DNA from: a virus
Taxonomy: Duplodnaviria > Caudoviricetes
IMG/VR virus record: IMGVR_UViG_3300031867_000021
Location: 32,001 to 96,000 of that record
Direction: 5' to 3' (one strand)
DNA length: 64,000 nt
Under the pieces are notes generated by a model that did no database searches, was not told where the DNA came from, and was given only the letters and a program-made list of their open reading frames with translations. Positions 1 to 8,107 of this stretch are shown piece by piece; position 1 is the first letter of the stretch, and each line of letters opens with the position of its first letter. Made by a program: the position numbers and the translations under genes.

Positions 1-1283
1 AGCACCTCGGTCAGGCTCTTCTCAGGCGTCCGGCCTCCGTCCAGATAATTGAACACTTTTTCAATGTCCTGAAGCTTTTCCCGGACATTGTACGCATGGA
101 ATTCAGGCGCAAACCGTGAACCCCAGTCGGTATAGGCCCGCAGCGGGATAATCACTTTGCGATTGACCGCGAAGGCGTCATTCGTGCGCCAGCCGTCGAA
201 ATAGTGTCTGTTCTGCGCATTTTCGTCCCAGTGATATTTCCGCGTCCAGTCATCGAAAAGGTCCATGATCGTACTTTCCACACCTTTGGTCACCTGAGCA
301 TTCATCTGCGCCATGATTTCCCTGATGTTGAAATAAGAAAACTCGTAGTTTTCCAGCTCCCCGACACGGTTGTACATCTGCGTCCGCAGGTTGGTCGTCA
401 ATTGATCCATGAACTGCGGCGCGGCGAAGAGCGTTGACCAATACTTCCGGCGCACCTGCTTCACCCATTCGTTTTCAGAAACCCCATCCTTTCCGATACT
501 CAGAGTCATTGAAGTGCTCAGAACGTTCGAAACGGCCAGATATTCCCGAATCAGCCGGATTCCGCTTTCCACCTCGTAGTTGTAACGATCAATGATCGCC
601 TCCACAAAATCGGCCTTGGTCAGCCCGGCAACCTGCTCGGCCTCCATCTCCGCATACCTGTGCGCCGGCCGGAGCTTTTCCAGAATCAGGCTGTCCTCAA
701 GCTCTTCCGCAGGCGCCTGATAGCGAATCATGGCGATTTCCACGTTTGTCTTCCGATCCGCATCAACGAACTCATCCTGCAGAAAATCAATCTGCGCATC
801 GCCCAGGAGCCGGAGCAGAAGGCTTCTGTCGTTGGTATAAGGATTCCGAATGGTCTCTGCATTGCACAGGGCCACAAGCTGTCCTTTGCCCTGCAGCAGA
901 GAAATCGCCTTCAGGATATGCCTTGCCCCATCCTCAAACGGAGGATTCATGACAATCAGGTCGTACCGTTTCATCGTCTGGTAGGTCAGGAAGTCATCAT
1001 GCACCACGCGAAGCCCCTGCGCCGTTAAAATAGCCCGCAGAGCCGGGTCGATCTCCACACAGTCCAAATCTACCTTTGACAGGCTGAAGTCGCCACGGTA
1101 ACCCCTGAAGGCCCTCTTTGCTGCAGCCATGGCAAGATCCCCACGCCCGGCGCTCGGTTCCAGGATTGAGCCCACCCGGTTCCAGTCAATCCCGGAAAGC
1201 ATCTTATCAATCAGGCGGACAGGAGTGGGATAAAACCCACTCTCTGCTTCCTTTGAACAGGTCATCAGCCGAACATCCGTCAT
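1..1283 (-). CDS. DUF4942-type N6-adenine DNA methyltransferase (runs off window edge)
   Basis: Not in ORF track; manual translation from ATG 1283 (GGAGG RBS) gives MTDVRLMTCSKEAESGFYPTP...ILEPSAGRGDL...DCVEID...HDDFL...YDLIVMNPPF (motifs I and IV). Confidence 0.8.
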   Translation of the reverse strand, partial: MTDVRLMTCSKEAESGFYPTPVRLIDKMLSGIDWNRVGSILEPSAGRGDLAMAAAKRAFRGYRGDFSLSKVDLDCVEIDPALRAILTAQGLRVVHDDFLTYQTMKRYDLIVMNPPFEDGARHILKAISLLQGKGQLVALCNAETIRNPYTNDRSLLLRLLGDAQIDFLQDEFVDADRKTNVEIAMIRYQAPAEELEDSLILEKLRPAHRYAEMEAEQVAGLTKADFVEAIIDRYNYEVESGIRLIREYLAVSNVLSTSMTLSIGKDGVSENEWVKQVRRKYWSTLFAAPQFMDQLTTNLRTQMYNRVGELENYEFSYFNIREIMAQMNAQVTKGVESTIMDLFDDWTRKYHWDENAQNRHYFDGWRTNDAFAVNRKVIIPLRAYTDWGSRFAPEFHAYNVREKLQDIEKVFNYLDGGRTPEKSLTEV

Positions 1284-1300
1284 CTTGTCATCCTCCCCTC

Positions 1301-2062
1301 TCAGGCATCCCGCCAATATGTCCAGGAGCGAACCTTGCTCAGCCCGTACCGCTTCAGGTAGGCATTCAGCCGCTTCTCAAACGCAGCCCGAACCCTCTGA
1401 TATCCCTCCAGGATTCGCTCCCGATCCTCTTCGGAAACCTCGGCAGGCTCTTTGCCCGCCGAATAAACCGAGCGATGATAGGTTACATAGTGAGCAACCC
1501 CGGGTTCCTCATTCTCCACAGCCGCAAAGCTGTTGTAAGCAATCTCACCATTCCGGTCACGGCTAAGGAAGGCGATGACGGCATCCAGCGCTTTCAGATT
1601 CTCTGCCCGGAAATAATCCTCACTGCTCAAGGCCTTCGTGACAGAGTTGTTTGCTTCCTCGGAATCGTACCCGGATTCGCCAAAGCAGAAGTTTGTCTCA
1701 ATCCTCGGCTTCCTGATGCAGACGATCCGCCCGTCCTCAAGCTTCACCAGCCCGCCGATATAATCCTCGTAATACTTCCGCCACCGCTCATCCTCACCGG
1801 CCATAACCCGGGCCATATACTCATCATGCAGAGCCTTTTCCTCGGCCTTGCTCATCACCGGCCGCTCGTGCACAACAACGGAATCGATCATTGCTCGTAT
1901 CTCGCTGTCGCTCATCCTGTCGAGCGCGACCCACGCCTTGCGCCACTCATCCCAGGAGAAGCCATGAGCAATCAGCTCGTTCCGAACCTCAACGGGCGCA
2001 TGATCCGCAAACTGCACAGTAACCATCTGAGCACCCTCATGCCGCTTGATCTCGTAAATCAT
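1301..2062 (-). CDS. Hypothetical phage protein (253 aa)
   Basis: ORF with GGAGG RBS, downstream of a sigma-A-like promoter. Confidence 0.75.
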   Translation of the reverse strand: MIYEIKRHEGAQMVTVQFADHAPVEVRNELIAHGFSWDEWRKAWVALDRMSDSEIRAMIDSVVVHERPVMSKAEEKALHDEYMARVMAGEDERWRKYYEDYIGGLVKLEDGRIVCIRKPRIETNFCFGESGYDSEEANNSVTKALSSEDYFRAENLKALDAVIAFLSRDRNGEIAYNSFAAVENEEPGVAHYVTYHRSVYSAGKEPAEVSEEDRERILEGYQRVRAAFEKRLNAYLKRYGLSKVRSWTYWRDA

Positions 2063-2117
2063 CTCACAACCTCCTCCCGATCATCACCCCGGAGGCCCAT
2101 CCCCCGGGGACAATTAT

Positions 2118-2146
2118 ATTATATACTATGCAATACTATTTTACAA
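2118..2146 (-). promoter_or_regulatory. Sigma-A-like promoter TTGTAA-N17-TATAAT
   Basis: -35 at 2146-2141, -10 at 2123-2118. Confidence 0.65.
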
Positions 2147-2178
2147 TGCCAAATGAGCAAAATAGAAGCCTCTATTCC

Positions 2179-2601
2179 TCAATCCTTGCCGGCTTTCCGC
2201 CGATAGCAGTAAGTATTTATAGCCACGATGGCTTTCACCCGCATCTGCGACATCAGAGTGTTAATCAAATCAGCTTCCCCGAAGTACAGCCATCTAAGGC
2301 TCGGACCGTCATCTGTCAACTCTTCACTCACAATCACCGCATTCCCAACAATCGGGTGCCCGTGCTTGTGCATCTCGTACAGATAGCTGCCATATACGTT
2401 CAGCTTCGGCTGACCTTTGAGCAGCCCTTCCTCATCGACAATCATCACATACCCTTCCGGCAGTCCATTCGGCCGAACAACTTCCAGATGTTCACATCCG
2501 ATCATTTCACGCAGCGCATCCATCGGTTCCGCATCCTCAGATATCTCCACAAGCTCCCAACCAACGCTGTCAGCCAGGAGTACGATTGCATACTTTCTCA
2601 T
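2179..2601 (-). CDS. DUF3846-like phage protein
   Basis: LREMIGCEHLEVV...MIVDEEGLLK...N...S.LY....HPIVGNAVI pattern. Confidence 0.7.
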   Translation of the reverse strand: MRKYAIVLLADSVGWELVEISEDAEPMDALREMIGCEHLEVVRPNGLPEGYVMIVDEEGLLKGQPKLNVYGSYLYEMHKHGHPIVGNAVIVSEELTDDGPSLRWLYFGEADLINTLMSQMRVKAIVAINTYCYRRKAGKD

Positions 2602-2615
2602 CTTTAAATCCCCTT

Positions 2616-2837
2616 TCAGCAGCGAGCCCTGAAAACCATATCTTCAGGAGCAGCACTTTCCGAATACTCCACCGCGGAAAAATAATCATACACACCATAG
2701 GATTCGCATTCGAGCAGGTCCTTCTGGTCATCGGTCAGGCCTGCATCGTTGCGGAAAGCCTCATTGATCTTCTTGAGCTCGTCCATACTTTCCGCCGCAT
2801 TGATCTTCGCCAGATACGTTTCGAACAGGTTTTTCAT
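2616..2837 (-). CDS. Hypothetical protein
   Basis: ATG 2837 with GGAGGTG RBS. Confidence 0.6.
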   Translation of the reverse strand: MKNLFETYLAKINAAESMDELKKINEAFRNDAGLTDDQKDLLECESYGVYDYFSAVEYSESAAPEDMVFRARC

Positions 2838-2878
2838 CTCAGCACCTCCTAATTCAGCCACCATCCGGGGACATTTTT

Positions 2879-2907
2879 ATTATATGTTACGTTCTTACGT
2901 ATTTCAA
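2879..2907 (-). promoter_or_regulatory. Sigma-A-like promoter TTGAAA-N17-TATAAT
   Basis: -35 at 2907-2902, -10 at 2884-2879. Confidence 0.65.
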
Positions 2908-3052
2908 TATCTTTTCAGAAAAATAAAAAAATATATTTCCATCGAGCCAGCAAAATACATGGCTTTTCGGCGTTTCTGTTGTCATTTATATCCTATTTAT
3001 TTATATGTACGAAGGCATTTTATAACCTATAGGTTATATTTTCAGGCAAAAT

Positions 3053-3082
3053 AAAAAAACCGCTCCCCGAAACAGGGAGCGG
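3053..3082 (-). terminator. Intrinsic terminator ending the lysis/late operon
   Basis: CCGCTCCC/GGGAGCGG stem followed by a T7 run on the minus strand. Confidence 0.8.
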
Positions 3083-3086
3083 ACAG

Positions 3087-3272
3087 TTAATGCCACTTGA
3101 CTTTTCGTCTCAGATTCTTTCGCAGAGCTTCACGCATCATGTGCTGTTCCATGGCAAGGAACTTTTTGTGCCTGACCTCTTTGCGCCACTCATCATATTC
3201 CTGATAGGCCGCGCACCGGCCATGGCATCCGACCTCTCGGTCCTTGCAGTCCCTGTCACAGGGGTTTTTCAC
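3087..3272 (-). CDS. Small Cys-rich hypothetical phage protein
   Basis: PCDRDCKDREVGCHGRC..Y motif; coupled to holin stop. Confidence 0.65.
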   Translation of the reverse strand: MKNPCDRDCKDREVGCHGRCAAYQEYDEWRKEVRHKKFLAMEQHMMREALRKNLRRKVKWH

Positions 3273-3604
3273 TTTTTGGCTTCTTCGATCTTAAGCTCTT
3301 TGACCATGGATTCTATCAGCGCATCCATGGTCGGTTCGATCTGCTCTGCGTCCACAATATACCCTTGCTTCTTCAGGAGCTCAATCACATATTTCTTTTT
3401 TTCCTGCCCCTGATCGCTGTTATAGAGCTGCCCGGCAGCATATACCGCCGTCTTGACGGCAATCCTCAGCACCTCAAGCTGATTGCTGTCGAGCTTGCTC
3501 TTCGCCCAGGGGATCAAATACCGGCTTATCAGACCGAAAATCAGGGTTATCACCGACAGAATGATCGGCGTAAGATCAATCTGTACTCCACCAACCTGCA
3601 ACAT
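3269..3604 (-). CDS. Phage holin, LL-H-like family
   Basis: N-terminal TM helix, AV.AA.QLY...G.EKK.YV...IES.V motif, next to endolysin. Confidence 0.8.
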   Translation of the reverse strand: MLQVGGVQIDLTPIILSVITLIFGLISRYLIPWAKSKLDSNQLEVLRIAVKTAVYAAGQLYNSDQGQEKKKYVIELLKKQGYIVDAEQIEPTMDALIESMVKELKIEEAKK

Positions 3605-3673
3605 GAAATTTCCTCCCTTTTTTCATCTTACACGAGATTAAATCCTCGGTTTACGCTTAAAAACGTCATGGAA

Positions 3674-4627
3674 TTACCCAACGCCAACGAACTTGGTCAT
3701 GATATACCACCCTTTCCGGGATCCATAGTTCACCCGGCACCAGTTTTCGGCAAAGCTGACCATCTCGACCTCCGTACCCACCGGCAGCTCATCATAGAGA
3801 TCGCATCCGGTTGACGGCCTCGCCCGAAGCTTGACGGGCTTCCCATTCTCCGCCCAGACCGTCACAACGGTTCCGGCCGGAATGCCGGCATCTGGATCTG
3901 GTTCAGGAGCAGGTTCAGGATCTGGAACAGGCTCAGGTTCAGGAATGGGCATATCCGCATCCACCAGGAACGCGCTCATCATCCATCCGGTCTGCTTTTT
4001 CCACGTTATTTTTGACCACCTTCCGCTGATTTGAGTGACGGTGACAAGCTCCCCGACCGGAACTTCGTCCAGGATTCTTTTGTTCAGCGAAGGCCCATAC
4101 CTCAGATTGACAGGCTTCCCGTTCTCCGCGAAAACCTTCTTTGTGACGATAATCGGCTCCGGCGAAGGTTCAGGATCCGGTCCAGGACCAGGGTCAACCC
4201 CGTAATCCACGGCCTTCAGCTTGCCCCAGTAAGCCCATTTCCCGATAGTGGAATCCGTCTTCGCGACAGGGCTTGTGCAGTGCGTAATCTCCAATGGATT
4301 GACGCTCGTGACGAATCCTATATGGCTCAAATTGCCGGGCTCTGTCCCGTACCACCTGTTGCCCTTGTCGGCATCCGTCCAGGGTTTGCACTTGAACACG
4401 GCCATACCGACCTGCAGATCCTTGGCGCTGGAGATCTTCCCGGTTTCCGAACAGTATTCCCGGAAGATCGTGTTGCTGCCATGGTAGATTTTCGCGCCTT
4501 GCTCGCGGTACATTTTGACGAACATGCCGGAACAGTCAATGCCGTCTTTGTTATTCGTCCCCGGTGACTCATACGGCCATCCGATGCACTCGTGCGCGGA
4601 ATCAATCATTTTTCTCAGATCCAGCAT
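3674..4627 (-). CDS. Endolysin: NlpC/P60 peptidase plus two SH3b domains
   Basis: GIDCSG, HIG, ITHC catalytic motifs; two ENGKPVNLR/VKLR...GW.M..F SH3b repeats joined by PE/PD linkers. Confidence 0.88.
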   Translation of the reverse strand: MLDLRKMIDSAHECIGWPYESPGTNNKDGIDCSGMFVKMYREQGAKIYHGSNTIFREYCSETGKISSAKDLQVGMAVFKCKPWTDADKGNRWYGTEPGNLSHIGFVTSVNPLEITHCTSPVAKTDSTIGKWAYWGKLKAVDYGVDPGPGPDPEPSPEPIIVTKKVFAENGKPVNLRYGPSLNKRILDEVPVGELVTVTQISGRWSKITWKKQTGWMMSAFLVDADMPIPEPEPVPDPEPAPEPDPDAGIPAGTVVTVWAENGKPVKLRARPSTGCDLYDELPVGTEVEMVSFAENWCRVNYGSRKGWYIMTKFVGVG

Positions 4628-4968
4628 CAGCCATTCCCCCCTTCGCCATCTTCCTTTTCAGACTTGTCCTTGTCCTTATCCTTATTCACGGACCCGTTGA
4701 TGGCTTTGGCAATCTCCGCGGCCCAGTAGAACCACTTCTCATCGATGGAGTTTTTCGTATAGGCAAGCACAGAGACGATCATGACGGCCGTCACCATGAT
4801 TCCAAGATAAACAACCGACAGCGCGGCCTCCGGCGCCACAACGATGGCCACAATCGTCAAAACCATATACAGGAACCAGTACCATTCAGTTCTTCCTGCC
4901 AGCCTTTTTGAGAATTGCTTCCTTGGATCAATCTTCCTCGGATCATCCTTTTTGGTAGCCGTAGCCAT
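4627..4968 (-). CDS. Two-TM membrane protein (holin-like)
   Basis: Two hydrophobic segments, charged C-terminus, lysis cassette position. Confidence 0.6.
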   Translation of the reverse strand: MATATKKDDPRKIDPRKQFSKRLAGRTEWYWFLYMVLTIVAIVVAPEAALSVVYLGIMVTAVMIVSVLAYTKNSIDEKWFYWAAEIAKAINGSVNKDKDKDKSEKEDGEGGNG

Positions 4969-4981
4969 AGCCTCACCTCAT

Positions 4982-5272
4982 TCACAGATGGGTCGGGAGC
5001 TGAAAATACTTCACATGGATATCATCCATGACGCCATTTGCGCCGAGCGTGTGATACTGCTGATACATGTTTTCAAAATTACTGCGGTCGTCAGGATCCG
5101 CATATCCTCTTCCCTCATGATACCTATAGTCCTGCAGCAGCCGGTCGCGCAGAATCGCCTGAAGTCCTTTCTTAAGAGCCTTGTTCTGTGCGACCTGAAT
5201 CTTTATGAATCCGATAAGAGCCAAGAAAAGGCTTGGAACACCAAACAGAGTCAGCCAATTGTAAACAGTCAT
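4982..5272 (-). CDS. Single-TM lysis-module protein (holin-like)
   Basis: N-terminal TM; GLQAILRDRL...Y..YH.LG.NG motif common in Firmicutes phage lysis modules. Confidence 0.65.
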   Translation of the reverse strand: MTVYNWLTLFGVPSLFLALIGFIKIQVAQNKALKKGLQAILRDRLLQDYRYHEGRGYADPDDRSNFENMYQQYHTLGANGVMDDIHVKYFQLPTHL

Positions 5273-5421
5273 ATTTCCTCAATCCTTTCAAAAGCAAAAA
5301 TGCACCTTCAGTCCGATTAACCGGGCGGACATCGCCCTATACAAAAGATCTTCATGCCAGCCCTCTGTTCCTCTGTTTTTCTTTTTCTGTCTCTTATCTC
5401 TCTGTCTATTGTCTTTTTCCA

Positions 5422-6132
5422 CTATCTCTCGCAGCAGTCATTTCTGACCTGAAGCCTCAGATGGTTCGCCAGAACGTAACCTTCCTGCCCCTCGTAGGTC
5501 ACTTTGTTCCAGACCGGAGTGCCACCTGTGACGAAGACTTCTGCACCTGCAGGAATCTGTCCGACTGCCTCAAACTTACGTCCGGGACCGGAGCGAAGAT
5601 TAACGGCTTTTCCGTCCTTCTCATCCAGGATGATTCTGGCCGCAACGGCTGCGGATTCTCTCTGCGGCGGCTCCACCTTCCGAAGCTGAGCATGATATCC
5701 CCATTTTTCGGTATCATGATCCAGCCTCATTCTGGCCTTGCTCATGCTGCGTATACGAAGCGGGTGGACGCTCACTACCACGCCCACCCGCCTGTAATCC
5801 TTCAGATCCCCATTGAAACAGTCGCCGAATCTTCCATAGCATTCTTCCAGTTCATACCCACCCTGATTGACTTCAAAGGCAGCCAGAACGATTTCTCCCG
5901 CACCGAGCGGAACATCCTTTTCAATCGGCCGAATGCGCCCGCGAATCTCGTTCCGGGCCAGATGATTGCAGGTCGCTGCTCCACGCCACTGTTCACCGTT
6001 CCTGCGCAGCGCACCGATGATCAATCCGGGATTGTCGCAGTATCCATGTTCTCCGTCGCAACCGACCCGGAATCCAGGATCCTCCGTCGCGATCTGCTCG
6101 ACCGCCATAATGAACTTCTGAATCGTGACCAT
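5422..6132 (-). CDS. NlpC/P60-like + SH3b protein with substituted catalytic residues
   Basis: Aligns by eye to the endolysin, but DCSG is DNPG and HIG...THC is RVG...RSM; C-terminal VNLRSGPG SH3b. Confidence 0.7.
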   Translation of the reverse strand: MVTIQKFIMAVEQIATEDPGFRVGCDGEHGYCDNPGLIIGALRRNGEQWRGAATCNHLARNEIRGRIRPIEKDVPLGAGEIVLAAFEVNQGGYELEECYGRFGDCFNGDLKDYRRVGVVVSVHPLRIRSMSKARMRLDHDTEKWGYHAQLRKVEPPQRESAAVAARIILDEKDGKAVNLRSGPGRKFEAVGQIPAGAEVFVTGGTPVWNKVTYEGQEGYVLANHLRLQVRNDCCER

Positions 6133-6155
6133 TTCCCTATCCTCATCCCCGGAGG

Positions 6156-6629
6156 TTACTTGTTATCAGTGCAATAGAAAACTCCGCCGATGTTGCCGAA
6201 GATTTCCTTTGCCAACTCCTGATACAGCGTGCTCCGGTTTCCGTGAGCGTCACCGAGATCATCGTTGAAATATTGCACGACTTCCTTTTCAAAAATCACA
6301 TAAGTGATCGGATTGCTCATGAAGGCTTCCGTGGTTGACCAGATTTCAGAAACGGCTCTGTTTCCGGCAAAAGCATCCCGGAACAGCTTCTCCGGGGTTT
6401 CATTTTCGTTCGCCGGAACAATGGTGATCGTCATCACGATATTGCCGAACACTTTCTCTTTCGGCAGCAGCTTGCTCAGAGCATCGGCCTTGCGCGTGTT
6501 AGCCACGAGCAGCTTTATCTCGTAGGTATCCTCGTCATACTTGACGGTCACTTCGGGATCTTTCTCGAACATGGCTTTCAGGGCGCCGGAGAATTCAAAC
6601 CAGGGCGGCGATAATTTGGTTTTATTCAT
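6156..6629 (-). CDS. Hypothetical phage protein (157 aa)
   Basis: Clean ORF with GGAGG RBS; KLSPPW...VVQYFNDDLGD motif. Confidence 0.75.
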   Translation of the reverse strand: MNKTKLSPPWFEFSGALKAMFEKDPEVTVKYDEDTYEIKLLVANTRKADALSKLLPKEKVFGNIVMTITIVPANENETPEKLFRDAFAGNRAVSEIWSTTEAFMSNPITYVIFEKEVVQYFNDDLGDAHGNRSTLYQELAKEIFGNIGGVFYCTDNK

Positions 6630-6832
6630 TCTTCCTACCTCCTATAAAATTATTTTATTAAACCACTTGACAATCGTATTTTTTGGGTTCAGAATAAAAG
6701 ACGAAAAAAAGAGCGTTGGTGTCTTGCACGCACCATCGCTCTGCGGAAGATGTGGGTTGGGCACATCATCCATGGAAATAATGATACCACACTCTTTCGC
6801 TATAATCAACAAAGAAAGGGTGTGTTTTGTTT

Positions 6833-7816
6833 ATGGCAACGCAGGATAAGGTTTTACTCATAAACCAGATCGAAGGAACTCTCAAACCAAGGATGTTCGC
6901 CAACCTTCTCGAGGAAGCCGTTACTGAAATCCAGGAGCACCTTGACGAATACGATGTAACACATCTCGCAGCGGAGTCCACCGGATCCGACGATATGCTG
7001 GACACCTACATCAATGCAAAGAAGGTCAGCGGCAGATCCGAAAAGACGCTTGTGCGTTATCGGTATGTGATAGAAAGGTTTCTGAAGGCAGTGAACGTGA
7101 AAACAAAAGATATCACTACCGAACATATCCGAAATTATTTTGCTAAAGAAATGACGCGCGGTGTGGCTGAAAGTACAGTTGACGGGATTCGCCAGATCTT
7201 GTGCGGGTACTTCGGTTGGCTGGAACATGAGAAGATGATCCGTGCGAACCCTATTTCCAGCATCGAAGCAATCAAGTTTCAAAAGAAAGAACGAACATCA
7301 ATGTCTGATGCGGATATGGAACTTTTGAAACGGCACTGCCAAAATATCCGTGACCGCGCCATCTTCCATTTTCTGCTGGCCACTGGTTGCCGAATCAGTG
7401 AAGTCACCAGTCTGAACCGCACTGACGTTGATCTGGACAACGGAGAATGCATTGTCCTCGGAAAAGGAAATAAGGAACGCACCGCGTTTCTGGATGACGT
7501 AGCGATTTTGACATTGCGCGAATATCTATCCAGCCGGAACGATACGTGCGAAGCACTGTTTGTAAATAAAAATGGCGGTCGGCTCCAGCCCGGTGGTGTC
7601 CGTGCAATGCTTAAGGTACTTTCGGAGAAAGCGGGAGTAGATAATGTGCATCCGCATCGGTTTCGCAGGACAATGGTTACCCGGTTGCTTAATCGCGGAA
7701 TGCCTATCCAAGAAGTCGCTATCATTGTCGGGCACGAAAAAGTTGACACAACCATGCGGTACTATTCATCGAATAAAAACCGGATCAGGAATTCATATCG
7801 AATCTATATGGCTTGA
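6833..7816 (+). CDS. Tyrosine recombinase (XerC/D-like, with N-terminal SAM-like domain)
   Basis: TGCRISE (R), GKGNKER (K), HPHRFR (HxxR), VGH, TTMRY (Y). Confidence 0.93.
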   Translation: MATQDKVLLINQIEGTLKPRMFANLLEEAVTEIQEHLDEYDVTHLAAESTGSDDMLDTYINAKKVSGRSEKTLVRYRYVIERFLKAVNVKTKDITTEHIRNYFAKEMTRGVAESTVDGIRQILCGYFGWLEHEKMIRANPISSIEAIKFQKKERTSMSDADMELLKRHCQNIRDRAIFHFLLATGCRISEVTSLNRTDVDLDNGECIVLGKGNKERTAFLDDVAILTLREYLSSRNDTCEALFVNKNGGRLQPGGVRAMLKVLSEKAGVDNVHPHRFRRTMVTRLLNRGMPIQEVAIIVGHEKVDTTMRYYSSNKNRIRNSYRIYMA

Positions 7817-7822
7817 CAAAGG

Positions 7823-7856
7823 AACCGGGATGCAATCGCACCCCGGTTTTTCTTTG
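7823..7856 (+). terminator. Intrinsic terminator after recombinase
   Basis: AACCGGG..CCCGGTT stem followed by T-rich tract. Confidence 0.7.
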
Positions 7857-7911
7857 CCTTTTGCCTTACGTTTGACCCCGACTAATTGATTTAAAGTCCT
7901 ATTTAACGAAC

Positions 7912-8097
7912 TTAACTTATTGCATTGGGATAATGTTGTTTCATCTTGCTCCAGATGTAGTTTGCACTCTGCTTCGCTCCAAGTGCATTCGGATGAATGT
8001 TGTCAATGAAATACTGCGGAGTATTCTCGCTAATCTGACTTCCGGCATATTCCTTAATAACAGGGATGCCAAGAAACGCATCACAAAAACTTATCAA
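7912..8097 (-). pseudogene. Orphan C-terminal fragment of an SGNH/GDSL hydrolase module
   Basis: IPVI...YFIDNIHPNALG (SGNH block V DxxHPNxxG); no RBS or N-terminal blocks. Confidence 0.6.
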
Positions 8098-8107
8098 AGA
8101 CCTTCAA

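Noticed and set aside
5360-5420. Pyrimidine-rich low-complexity tract
   Set aside because: No structure, repeat unit or ORF that supports a function.
6833-7816. Recombinase as the prophage integrase / prophage boundary
   Set aside because: It is flanked on both sides by phage late genes (fibre and lysis), with no host genes or att duplication visible.
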